Shown piece after piece: positions 1 through 9,996 of a DNA stretch of 64,000 bases (position 1 is its first letter; every line of letters begins with the position of its first letter). The notes beneath the pieces were generated by a model, which saw only the letters and a list, made by a program, of their open reading frames with translations, ran no database searches and had not been told where the DNA came from. This DNA comes from Spirochaetota bacterium (GTDB lineage: Bacteria > Spirochaetota > UBA4802 > UBA5550), in the NCBI GenBank assembly GCA_963664815.2, contig CAXXHB010000003.1, positions 2,592,001-2,656,000 on the forward strand, written 5' to 3'. A program made the translations under genes and the position numbers.

Positions 1-832
1 CGCCTACCCTTGCCTTTTCAGCATTACTTACAGCGGCATTAAAGACTCTTTTATCAATATCCGAGGCAAAAATTTCCAGTTTATTCCTGCTGATAAGATC
101 CTCAGCCTCTTCACGATGTTTTCTCCACAGGGAGGGTGATATTTCAGGCCACTCTTCGGAAGAGAAACTGCGGATTAATCCGGGGGCAATATTTTTACCC
201 TTCATAGCCGCCTCAATAGGAATTGTTCCCGAGCCGCACATGGGGTCTGCAAATATTCTGTCAGGTTTCCACCTGCTTATATCTACCAGGCCTGCGGCAA
301 GTGTCTCTTTCAGCGGAGCTTCACCCTGCAATTCCCTGTATCCCCTTTTATGAAGTCCCGCTCCGGAGGTGTCAAGTGTCAGCGTTGCCTCATCCTTCTG
401 CATTGATATTTCAATTCTGTATGTCGGGCCGGATTCATCAAACCATTCCTGCTTATACCTTCTCTTCATCGATTCAATAATCGCTTTTTTGACAATTGCC
501 TGACAATCGGGAACACTATGCAGTCTGGAGTTAACCGCCTTGCCTATAACATGCATTTTGCCGTTGACCGGAATAAAGTTTTCCCACTCTACCGCAAGGG
601 CTCCCTGGAACAGCTGTTCGAAGTCATACGCCCTGAAAGACGCCAGTTTTATAAGAACCCTGTCTGCACACCTGAGCCATAAATTTGATTTTACGACAGT
701 GGAATAATCACCCTGGAAATTAATGCGGCCATTTTCAACTTCCGTTTTCTCTATCCCGATTTTCCTGAGTTCATGAACTACTATGGATTCCAGGCCGAAT
801 GCCGAAGTAGCAATCAGGTTCAGATATGACAT
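1..832 (-). CDS. THUMP-domain class I SAM-dependent RNA methyltransferase (RlmL N-terminal/YpsC-like), truncated by window edge
   Basis: Manual translation from ATG at 832: MSYLNLIATSAFGLESIV...NLWLRCADRV...LHKRGYRELQGEAPLKETLAAG...DPMCGSGTIPIEAA. Not in the ORF track because no stop falls inside the window. Confidence 0.9.
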   Translation of the reverse strand, partial: MSYLNLIATSAFGLESIVVHELRKIGIEKTEVENGRINFQGDYSTVVKSNLWLRCADRVLIKLASFRAYDFEQLFQGALAVEWENFIPVNGKMHVIGKAVNSRLHSVPDCQAIVKKAIIESMKRRYKQEWFDESGPTYRIEISMQKDEATLTLDTSGAGLHKRGYRELQGEAPLKETLAAGLVDISRWKPDRIFADPMCGSGTIPIEAAMKGKNIAPGLIRSFSSEEWPEISPSLWRKHREEAEDLISRNKLEIFASDIDKRVFNAAVSNAEKARVG

Positions 833-840
833 TTATATGT

Positions 841-1293
841 TCAGCCGTTATGCTTTAAAGATTTTTTTGTTTCTTTTAATTCTTCAATTTCTCTCCGGAC
901 ATCAACAAGCCTGTCCATAATATGTTTCTCGACGGACTGAACGCCTGCATCCTGAAATCCGTCATTAAGATATACATAAAGAACCAGTTCATTATAATCT
1001 ATATCGTCATCATCATCCGGATTGCATCTCAGTTCAACTTTGACTTCTGAAAGAAACTCCTCGTCACCCCTGCCGCTGAATTTAGATGGAAATGAATTTA
1101 TTATCAGATCTTTTCTGTCCAGTTTTAACAGGTTTATAAAGAAATCCATTATCAGTTTATCAACAGTTTCCGATTTTTCAGCTTTATCAAGAGATTTCAG
1201 ACGTCCCACCTCTCTCTCTTTAATCAGATCTCTTTCGAGGAACTTGAGTTCAGCAACCCTGTTTTCTATATCATAAATTTTTTCCTGATACAT
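841..1293 (-). CDS. Hypothetical protein, ~150 aa, with coiled-coil-like ends
   Basis: ORF 841..1407. The ATG at 1293 (MYQEKIYDIE) is the more plausible start. Ends 8 bp before the methyltransferase start. Confidence 0.65.
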   Translation of the reverse strand: MYQEKIYDIENRVAELKFLERDLIKEREVGRLKSLDKAEKSETVDKLIMDFFINLLKLDRKDLIINSFPSKFSGRGDEEFLSEVKVELRCNPDDDDDIDYNELVLYVYLNDGFQDAGVQSVEKHIMDRLVDVRREIEELKETKKSLKHNG

Positions 1294-2115
1294 ATCACTA
1301 TTCACTCTTTTCCGGTTATTTTTTTTATTAATATAACATTCAATCTGCGGCATATCCGTTCTTCCATTCACACCATTATCTCTTTGAACTAATAATTTTA
1401 TAAGCATAAACGCATTTCTGGAAAGCTTTTATTTATTTTTAGTATTACTTTAACAAGCAACCATATACACTGACATTATTAAATTAAAATTACCATTCTC
1501 ACTATTCTATTAAAAACCATATTTCTGTGTTATTAATAAAAACTGATTATAGTAACGAAAAAAAAATTTCGTAAAAATAATTCCTGACGGCAAGTAAAAA
1601 ACTTAACCCCCACAGAAATTCCACAAAAATAATCATTGCATATAATTTACATTTCTTATAATTTTTGTTTGGAATGAAGCTGAATAAACATTCACATTAT
1701 AATATATAAAATACTACCCTGACATAACTATTATACAGGTATTAGTTGTTATATAATAGTGTTACGACAGTGTAATGAGTCACATAAAACCAAAGTTACT
1801 ATTCATAAGATTAACTGTGAAACCCCATTTTTTACTATGTTCGACATACCTTTATTAAAAGGTGGACCGACAAACCATGGGATTTCAGATATTGAGCCAC
1901 TTATTTTTTAATTAGAATTCATAAAGTCACAGCACTAGATTATAGTAAGATTTTAAAAGTAAGAATAGTTACAATAATTAAATTGCATATTTCATTTAAT
2001 CTTATTAAGAGTTTCAGCATATTTATGAATTCAATGCAATAATTTTTATTTTTTTCAACAATAAAAAACAGAAATATTCAGTTAAATTTTAAGGATTGGG
2101 GGTTAGTATTAAATA

Positions 2116-4998
2116 ATGGTATCTTTAAATTTTATTATCACTATTACAGCCGCCTTTATTGTGGGAAGTATAACATCCATTCTATTCTTAAGGTTTAAAT
2201 CTCAGACAATTGATAAATCATCTGAAGAAATTAATGAACTTTTTATATACATTACAGAAGCATTGCACGAATTTTTTTTTGTTATCAGTAATGACTGGAA
2301 AAAGGTTCATTATATAAGCCCCTCCTGGGAAAAAATATATGGCAAGAACAGGAAAAAACTGTATAAATCTCCATTTTACTGGCTTAAATTTATTCATCCT
2401 GAAGATATAGAGATAGTTAAATATAACTTAAATGAATTCGTCTCCGATGACACTAAAACAACATTTCCCGATTACCGGATAATCGATCAAAACGGTTCCG
2501 TGAGGTGGATTGCTACACGTATATTCCATGTAAAAATGAACTATAACAAAACAGAAAGAATACTTGGAATAGCTGAGGATATAACAGACCGTAAAATTTC
2601 TGAACTTGAACTTAAAAGCAGCGAAGACAATTACCGAAATATCATTAAAAATATCAGAGATGTTTTTTATCGCTGTGACAGTGAAGGCAATCTTATTATG
2701 GCCAGCCCCAGCTTCAGAAACACTTTCGGGTATGATCCTGAAGATGACTGCACAGGAATAAATATTGCAGCACAATTCTATAACAATCCGGAAGACCGGA
2801 ATAAATTTATGGAGATTCTCAAAGAAAAGGGTGAGATTCTGGATTATGAAACAACCCTCCGCAAGAAAGACGGCTCACCATTAATTGTATCCACAAGCAG
2901 CCATCTGTATTATGATGCCATGGGAAATATCGCAGGAGTTGAGGGTATTATCCGCGATATTACCGAAAGAAAAAGAATTGAGAATATGTTCAACAAAGCC
3001 TTTTTTGATAATCCCTGCTCCATGTCTATCTCTGATATTGAAACAGGTTTTTATATTGAGGTCAACAAGGCATGGCTTGAATCCCTTGAATTTGAAAAAA
3101 GTGAGGTTATCGGCCATACAGTACATGAACTGAAAATATACAGGGATCCTGTGGAAAGAAATAAAATTGTTGAGGCTATTAAAACAACCGGCCATGCTTA
3201 TAATCATGATATCGAATTCATTACAAAAAAAGGTAATTTAAGAAATGCTATTTTTTTTGGAGATGTTATTGATGTCGCAGGAAAAAAAATGCTTCTTTCG
3301 TCAGTACTGAATGTCACCAAACAGCGTGAAGCTGAAAAACTTTTAAAAGCCAGGAATGAAGAGCTTGCCAAAGCCAACGAAGAACTTATGGCGGTAAATG
3401 AAGAATTTGAGGCTTCCAATGAAGAATTACTCTCCACAAATTTCGAACTCACCCACGCAGAAGAAGAAACAGGAAGACTGAAAAATTATCTTAAGAACGT
3501 CATAGACTCAAACCCCGATATTCTTATTGTTCTTGACCATAAAATGAAAATTACTCTTGTAAACAGAACGGCCGAAATTGCTACCGGAATATCGATGAAT
3601 GATGCAACAGGTTTGCCGGTTAAGGATCTTCTCCCTGATTTCGCCCCTTCAATTGAATCGATTAGAACAGAAATCAACAGAGACGATCCCATAACAATCC
3701 ACGGCTTTCTTCTGGTAAAAAACGGCGAGAAGCGGTACTTTGACATTGTACTTTACCCATTAATCTCAAGTGACGGAGAAGGAGCTGTTGTCCGCATATC
3801 TGACATCACCGGTTTTATGAAAAACGAGGAACAGCTGAAACAGGCCCAGAAGATGGAAACAGTAGGTAATCTTGCCGGCGGACTTGCCCACGACTTCAAC
3901 AATGTATTAAGCGGAATTGTCGGCACTACAAGCCTGATAAAACATATCATTGAAAACGATACTGAATTCAGTTCAAGATTAAGGAATTACATTGAACTGA
4001 TAGACAAATCAGGCAAACGTGCAGCAGAGATGGTTCAGAGGTTGTTAACACTTACGCGAAGATCAGAGTTCACACCCGTTCCTTTTGACCTGAATAATGC
4101 AATAAAAAACATAATTCAGATATGCCTTAATACATTTGATAAGTCCGTTGAAATTAATACTCAATTCTGTAACTCCCCGGCAATGATTAAGGGTGATCAG
4201 TCCCAGATTGAACAGGTTCTTCTCAACCTCTGCATCAACGCTTCACATGCCATGACTATAATGAGAGATAAAAACAGCAGACAGGGTGGCACGCTCACCC
4301 TTTCAATAAAAAACGTCATTGCAGATAAGAACCTGTGTACAGTACATCCCGAGGCTACATCGGATAAATACTGGGTTGTATCACACACCGACACCGGTGT
4401 CGGAATCTCCTCCGCAAACCTGAACAGGATTTTTGATCCGTTCTTTACCACAAAAGAAAAAAACAATGGTACAGGTCTCGGTCTTGCGATGGTATATAAT
4501 ATTGTTCACCAGCATGGAGGATTCATTGAGGTTTATTCCGAGACCGGCACAGGATCAACATTCAACATCTATCTTCCTGAATTTTCAGAGGAAAATAACT
4601 ACGCAATTTCTTCAGACCATAATAAAATTGAAAAAGGTGACGGTCTGGTTCTTGTCATAGATGATGAAGAAATTGTCAGGATTATGGCCGAAAATTTTCT
4701 TATGGAATGCGGTTATGATGTAATTTCTGCCGGCAGCGGAAGAGAGGGTATAAATATTTATAAAATGAGAAAAGATGAAATCAGATGCATACTGCTAGAT
4801 ATGGCCATGCCGGGCATGTCAGGCATTGACGTATACACTGAACTGAAAAAAATTAATCCCGGAGTAAAGGTACTTCTCACATCCGGATTCAGGCAGGATT
4901 CAAGAGTACAGGATGCACACCTTCAGGGAATAAACGGTTTTATACAGAAACCTTATTCAATAACCGAACTCTCCAGGCAGATAAAAAAAATAATATAA
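2116..4998 (+). CDS. Hybrid sensor histidine kinase/response regulator with four PAS domains
   Basis: N-terminal TM; PAS/PAC repeats ending DITDRK/DITERK; H-box [11 protein letters not shown]; N-box [10 protein letters not shown]; G boxes DTGVG and GTGLGL; C-terminal REC domain ([13 protein letters not shown]). Confidence 0.95.
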   Translation: MVSLNFIITITAAFIVGSITSILFLRFKSQTIDKSSEEINELFIYITEALHEFFFVISNDWKKVHYISPSWEKIYGKNRKKLYKSPFYWLKFIHPEDIEIVKYNLNEFVSDDTKTTFPDYRIIDQNGSVRWIATRIFHVKMNYNKTERILGIAEDITDRKISELELKSSEDNYRNIIKNIRDVFYRCDSEGNLIMASPSFRNTFGYDPEDDCTGINIAAQFYNNPEDRNKFMEILKEKGEILDYETTLRKKDGSPLIVSTSSHLYYDAMGNIAGVEGIIRDITERKRIENMFNKAFFDNPCSMSISDIETGFYIEVNKAWLESLEFEKSEVIGHTVHELKIYRDPVERNKIVEAIKTTGHAYNHDIEFITKKGNLRNAIFFGDVIDVAGKKMLLSSVLNVTKQREAEKLLKARNEELAKANEELMAVNEEFEASNEELLSTNFELTHAEEETGRLKNYLKNVIDSNPDILIVLDHKMKITLVNRTAEIATGISMNDATGLPVKDLLPDFAPSIESIRTEINRDDPITIHGFLLVKNGEKRYFDIVLYPLISSDGEGAVVRISDITGFMKNEEQLKQAQKMETVGNLAGGLAHDFNNVLSGIVGTTSLIKHIIENDTEFSSRLRNYIELIDKSGKRAAEMVQRLLTLTRRSEFTPVPFDLNNAIKNIIQICLNTFDKSVEINTQFCNSPAMIKGDQSQIEQVLLNLCINASHAMTIMRDKNSRQGGTLTLSIKNVIADKNLCTVHPEATSDKYWVVSHTDTGVGISSANLNRIFDPFFTTKEKNNGTGLGLAMVYNIVHQHGGFIEVYSETGTGSTFNIYLPEFSEENNYAISSDHNKIEKGDGLVLVIDDEEIVRIMAENFLMECGYDVISAGSGREGINIYKMRKDEIRCILLDMAMPGMSGIDVYTELKKINPGVKVLLTSGFRQDSRVQDAHLQGINGFIQKPYSITELSRQIKKII

Positions 4999-5003
4999 AT
5001 ATA

Positions 5004-5123
5004 TCAATGTTAATTCCTTAACATATATTTTAGTGTAAAATAAACAATTATATCTCCCCGCCGCCTTTGGCGGCGGGGAGAATAGAGCATTTTCTATTAT
5101 ACAAAGTTCAGGAATTATTATTG
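5004..5123 (+). repeat. Dispersed ~120-bp palindromic intergenic repeat, copy A (best conserved)
   Basis: Imperfect terminal IRs (caatgttaattccttaacat / aagttcaggaattattattg, 16/20) and a central hairpin ctccccgccgcc-ttt-ggcggcggggag. Aligns with 7740-7856, 42995-43099 and 50072-50189. Confidence 0.85.
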
Positions 5124-5155
5124 TAAATATACTGAAATTCAGATTTGATATTCCG

Positions 5156-5689
5156 TTAACTGCCGAAGCTGTTTATAAAACTACCGTAATCAACAGGTTG
5201 ATTTGATATATAGACATTTGACTGCCCCTTGGCAATTATTGCATCACCCTTCCATATTTCACCGACAACATGCATTAAAGAATTTCCCTCGCGATATACG
5301 GAGGCTTTTACTGTAACGGTGTCTCCGGCCTTTGCAGTGCCAAGGTAATCGATGTTAAGATTAGTGGAAAAAAAAGCTGTCTTATAACCGAGGGTTGCAC
5401 AGGCATGCCCCATTGAATCATCAAGCATTGCTCCCTGCGTACCTCCATGCAGAAAACCGGCCGGATTTGTCATATCCGGTCTTACGATTACAGACATTGC
5501 AAATACTCCTCTCTCAGCCTCAAGAAGTGTTCCATCCATCCATCTGGTGAGACATGGTACAGGAAAATTCCCGAGCTTTTTACCGATAAAAAGTTTCATC
5601 ATTGAAACTACCTGCTGAGAGAGTTCCTCCGAATAAACTCTTCCGGAATGTCCATTTTCATTTCCCATAAATTTAAACCCGCCATGCAT
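5156..5689 (-). CDS. PaaI family (hotdog-fold) thioesterase
   Basis: NPAGFLHGG...LDD motif; NLNIDYL. Confidence 0.9.
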   Translation of the reverse strand: MHGGFKFMGNENGHSGRVYSEELSQQVVSMMKLFIGKKLGNFPVPCLTRWMDGTLLEAERGVFAMSVIVRPDMTNPAGFLHGGTQGAMLDDSMGHACATLGYKTAFFSTNLNIDYLGTAKAGDTVTVKASVYREGNSLMHVVGEIWKGDAIIAKGQSNVYISNQPVDYGSFINSFGS

Positions 5690-5751
5690 CAGATTAATAT
5701 GCAGAATAATGAATTAACGGATCAGTTGGCAAGCTAATTTTTCTGTTGCTC

Positions 5752-6684
5752 TTAGTGGTGTTGCGTAGTATAACGTTCTTCGACTTCTTCTATGTTCAGC
5801 CTTTTAAGTTTATTTCTAAAATTAGTGCTTTCGTCATCAATAATTGTTTTTAAATAATCCATCTGTTTTTCTATTGCATTCATATAAAGATTCTCTTTTA
5901 TACCGAATCTTTCTGAAAAATGGAAGGGGGCAAAATCATAACTTTTCAGCAATGTTATATTAAGGCGCTCCATTGTTGATTCATAAAATGAAAAAGTTCT
6001 CTTTAAAATATCAAATGCAGTATTAAAACCATCCAGCCCTGCTTCACTGAACTCATAATAAAGGAAAAGGAGTTTCTCCAGATATGCGCGGTCTGACATC
6101 TGACCTATCAAATCTGCAGTGCCAAGAATGCCTCCTCCTGTTTGTATATCACCTGTAAGCATGGAGACATAATCGGATTTGATACCTGTACAGGCAATAT
6201 ATGAAGAAATTTCTGAAACATCACTTTCTGATAACTGCAGTATATCGGCATTTTTTTCAGTAAATTGTATACTTCTTCTTACATGAATAATAGTATATTT
6301 AGCGCCTGTTCCCTCTGTATCACTCTCTTCCTGAATATATCCGGTATCGTGAAGCAGTGCTGCTATAAGAAGATTAACTGTTCTTTCTTCACTCAGTTTT
6401 CCGGTTGATATATTTTTACCGTCAATCAGCCTTGCAGTTGCGAGAAACACATCACAGGTATGCCTGAGATCATGATATTCCGTATTACACTTTCTGTAGC
6501 CCTTATAATCACCGTTAAAGAGTGAATATACATTATTAAAAGCTCTTTCAACCTTATCAAATGATCCAAGGCCGTAGTTCTGGAAGTATATTGTCTGAAC
6601 CTCATTAATTACAGCTCTGGTATTACCACTATCCAGAATCAGCGCAATCTGATTTCTTCCACTGTCTGTCATCTGAAACTCCAT
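5752..6684 (-). CDS. HD-domain metal-dependent phosphohydrolase
   Basis: YHDLRHT...ALLHDTGY...GTADLIGQM motifs. Confidence 0.85.
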   Translation of the reverse strand: MEFQMTDSGRNQIALILDSGNTRAVINEVQTIYFQNYGLGSFDKVERAFNNVYSLFNGDYKGYRKCNTEYHDLRHTCDVFLATARLIDGKNISTGKLSEERTVNLLIAALLHDTGYIQEESDTEGTGAKYTIIHVRRSIQFTEKNADILQLSESDVSEISSYIACTGIKSDYVSMLTGDIQTGGGILGTADLIGQMSDRAYLEKLLFLYYEFSEAGLDGFNTAFDILKRTFSFYESTMERLNITLLKSYDFAPFHFSERFGIKENLYMNAIEKQMDYLKTIIDDESTNFRNKLKRLNIEEVEERYTTQHH

Positions 6685-6929
6685 AAAATAACGACATATT
6701 CATCAGACCTGCTGCAATACCAGGATAAACACTCACAAATAAGCCCACTTTAAAAAGGTTTTTTCACAGCCACGCCCGGTGAAAAATATGGAGCACTGAA
6801 TGGGGATTTTTAAAGAACTTTACCCCGGTTATCCATGCAAACAATATTTAAAGCAAGTCTGATAATAAAAAGTATTATAAAACCGAAATTCAGCAACAAT
6901 AGCAAGCACTTTTTTAGTAATATAAACAA

Positions 6930-7727
6930 TTACACAGGTTTTAATAACCGGTTTATCTCGTCAATAATTATTGCTGCTGATTCATCAGGCTTCTCCAGCG
7001 GAAACAGGTGCCCCCCCGGAGATACCCTCAGGCTGAATTCATGCCGTTCGATAAATTTCAGAAGCGATCTTTTATGTACCGCATGGCTTTTTTCGCCATA
7101 TGTGATTGAGCCGGGGACTTTAAGTTTACTTCCGTATGAACTTATGTTGTCGGGCATTGTCTGGAATATTTTTACCTCTTTATGCACATCATAATAAAGA
7201 GAGAATCCTCCATTGCACTCCCTTAATCCATGTTTTATGTAATATTCAAGAGATCTCGGATCAAATGTGCGGAAAAGTTCCCTGCTGTAAAAATAATTAT
7301 TTACATCATCCATATTTTTCCAGAAATTTCTGCGTTTTATTGATTTTCCTGCAGGAGTTATCTTATCTGCAAGACCTGTTTTTTTCAGGACATAAAATAC
7401 TTTACCGGCATACCCCCAGAAAAATGGCGGATCAAGCATGATTATACATTTAAAAATATCCGGTCTTTTGTAAGCAGCTATAAAAGTCACTATGCTTCCA
7501 AGAGAATGACCAACACCTATAACAGGAGAATCTGCCATCTCTTCAATATTGAAAATCAATTCATCAGCAAGATTTGACCAGTTATCATTAACAGGAAATT
7601 TTTCATTGTGCCCAAGCCGGTCAATGGCCATTACCCTGTAATTTCCCGTAAAATTTGAAAGAAAAGCATTATAGCTCCCCCCGGGAAAGCCGTTTGCATG
7701 TGCAAAATATATAATTTCTTTTTCCAT
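6930..7727 (-). CDS. Alpha/beta fold hydrolase
   Basis: HANGF oxyanion region, GHSLG nucleophile elbow, C-terminal GGHLFPLE. Confidence 0.92.
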   Translation of the reverse strand: MEKEIIYFAHANGFPGGSYNAFLSNFTGNYRVMAIDRLGHNEKFPVNDNWSNLADELIFNIEEMADSPVIGVGHSLGSIVTFIAAYKRPDIFKCIIMLDPPFFWGYAGKVFYVLKKTGLADKITPAGKSIKRRNFWKNMDDVNNYFYSRELFRTFDPRSLEYYIKHGLRECNGGFSLYYDVHKEVKIFQTMPDNISSYGSKLKVPGSITYGEKSHAVHKRSLLKFIERHEFSLRVSPGGHLFPLEKPDESAAIIIDEINRLLKPV

Positions 7728-7739
7728 ATTAATTCTCTT

Positions 7740-7856
7740 TGTTAATTTCTTAGTTTAAAGATCAGTGCACAATAAATGATAATATCTCCAGGTCATATTC
7801 GGCTGCGGGGAGAATAGGGCATTTTCTGCTGTTAAAATGTTCAGGAATTTTTATTG
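7740..7856 (+). repeat. Dispersed ~120-bp repeat, copy B
   Basis: tgttaatttctta...aatatctcc...gcggggagaatagggcattttct...gttcaggaatttttattg aligns colinearly with copy A. Confidence 0.8.
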
Positions 7857-7935
7857 GTTAATTTTTGTTATTTTTTCAGACTTTTAAACATCATAGTCAA
7901 GTTTTTTATTATATTTACCGGTTTAACCGGGCAGA

Positions 7936-7992
7936 ATCCGGCTTCAGAAGTGTTTCAGAATTTTAATGCCCGAAACACTTCTGAAGCCGGAT
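7936..7992 (-). terminator. 21-bp perfect inverted repeat downstream of the amylase gene; probable terminator or mRNA-stabilising hairpin
   Basis: atccggcttcagaagtgtttc-N15-gaaacacttctgaagccggat, 7 bp after the stop codon. Confidence 0.6.
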
Positions 7993-7999
7993 AACAATC

Positions 8000-9241
8000 T
8001 CATTTTTTCACCCAGACTGTATATTCCCCCTCTTTTTCAAAACCTTTATCCCAACCAGGACCGGGACCTTTATAATTCGAACCGATAGATATTGCCAGTG
8101 TTTCTTCATTTTTATCATTTTTAACTATACCTGCAAATCCCGTATAGCTGCCGCAGAGATCAATCCATTCGGATGATGCGGATATCCTGCAATTTTTCCT
8201 CAGGGATGCAAGTTGTGAAATTTCGTTTCCAAGTCCCCAGTCAAAAAAATCCGGCCAGTAAATGCAGGGAGTTCCAGGCATAGTCATAATAAAAGCATAT
8301 GCTTTCGATTTATAAAACGGGGGACATGGCCAGCACTCCTGCCCCCAGCCATTTGCAGTGGAATAAGGTGACGCTCCCATATCATGGTTATCAACAAAAG
8401 TAACAACCGAGCTCCGTTCTGCGGCATTTCCCATTGAGTTCAGGCCGTATTTCAGCCTTGAGGGATCTGCTGTCTGAATCTGTCTTTTCAGTATTATATC
8501 AAAAGCGCAGCCTTCGCTCTCTTTCGCCCAACCGAGTATTCTCGATGCTTCATCTGCGCCATACCTGTTCACCATGGGGTCATTTTTCATGTAGGGAGAA
8601 TCCTGCCAGTACTCTCCAATTGAGATGTATTCGTCCCTGTCAGTACTCTTTATCCAGCTTACAACCTCATGCACTTCATACCCCCAGACATAATCCCATC
8701 GCCAGCCGTCAATGCCGTAGTCATCCATAAGTTCATCCATTGCATCCCTGATTCTTTTATGCACAACCGGATCAGAAAGGTTAAGATCAAATTTACCATC
8801 CATAAAAGATCCCCCTTCATCCTTTCCTCCGACAGCCCAGCATGGGCCCGGATATTCCCAGATATCTTTCTCCATTCTGTTTCCATCTCTGTGGTTTGTC
8901 ACCAGGTCGGCAATCACCCTGATATTTTTTGAGTGAAGCGCAGAGACAAGGTTTTTAAGCTCATTTTTAGTCCCGTACCTTGAATCAAGATCAAAATCAT
9001 GCCAGAAATAACCCTCTCCCCCTCCCCGTTTTCCATCTTTTTCCCAGAATGAATCATCGCGCCATAAGGGGGGAAGATATACTACAGTAAACCCCGCATC
9101 AGCAATATCTGCGGTCATATCTGTCAGGATATGGAACCATGATTTTTCCGATTTATTCAGAGTTCCCTCTCCGCTGGTCTTGACTAAATTCCAGTGAAAA
9201 GCCTGAAGGATTATGTCATAGCCGCTGCCTCTAGTTGCCAT
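8000..9241 (-). CDS. GH13 alpha-amylase resembling maltotetraose-forming amylases, without signal peptide
   Basis: IILQAFHWN and GGGEGYFWHDF motifs; catalytic regions WRWDY, IGEYW and FVDNHD. Confidence 0.88.
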   Translation of the reverse strand: MATRGSGYDIILQAFHWNLVKTSGEGTLNKSEKSWFHILTDMTADIADAGFTVVYLPPLWRDDSFWEKDGKRGGGEGYFWHDFDLDSRYGTKNELKNLVSALHSKNIRVIADLVTNHRDGNRMEKDIWEYPGPCWAVGGKDEGGSFMDGKFDLNLSDPVVHKRIRDAMDELMDDYGIDGWRWDYVWGYEVHEVVSWIKSTDRDEYISIGEYWQDSPYMKNDPMVNRYGADEASRILGWAKESEGCAFDIILKRQIQTADPSRLKYGLNSMGNAAERSSVVTFVDNHDMGASPYSTANGWGQECWPCPPFYKSKAYAFIMTMPGTPCIYWPDFFDWGLGNEISQLASLRKNCRISASSEWIDLCGSYTGFAGIVKNDKNEETLAISIGSNYKGPGPGWDKGFEKEGEYTVWVKK

Positions 9242-9996
9242 ATTATCCCCCTTTATTTATTGTATCAGATTTTTTATTCATGTGCCTGTATTTTCTATAT
9301 AATAAAATGATTAAATATTTTCAAAAAAATAATTGATTTAATACAGTCGCTACCAATAATTGCTATTTATATATAATGGCGGAGAATTTTTTTCATATAC
9401 ACCCTGCGATGCGCTGATTTTATTGATCTGTTAAATCAATCCTGTTTTTTCTATATTCTTTTTTTTTATTGACATCACGGTTATAAATAAACCTTTTGTA
9501 ATTAAAAAAGCAGTACTATTTTACATATATTTGGAATAGAGCAGGACAGAGAATGACCTCTGGATACTCAAGTCACCGACAGCCTGCCGAATTAAAATTT
9601 AACTATGTTCATGCTATAACGTGTTTATACTATAATGAAAGAATTTTTAAATATTAAAAGAATCGATTATTCCGGTTATTTTATAATTATAGTTAATGTT
9701 ATGTTCGCTCATTATCTGACCTGCGTCGCATCAAATAATAAATGAAATCTTAATCTCCTTTCTTGTACCCGGGGAATTATCGATTTCATATTATTCAAGA
9801 CCGGTCAGTTATATTATAAGTAATGAAGAGAAATCTCTTTATTCAAATTTTTAAAACTGGCTTTTAATTTATATGCTTTATACCGGACGTTTAATTTCAG
9901 TACGGTTGATCCCAGCCGTTAATGTTTATTACTCCCTGTTGAAGCAATAAAGCAGCCGGATCTACATTTAAAAAAAAAGGTTAGAGGTTAACCAGT

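Noticed and set aside
9250-9996. Riboswitch (fluoride or c-di-GMP) in the long region upstream of hppA
   Set aside because: Only fragments such as gacagcc...tgccgaa resemble known motifs; the conserved cores are absent.
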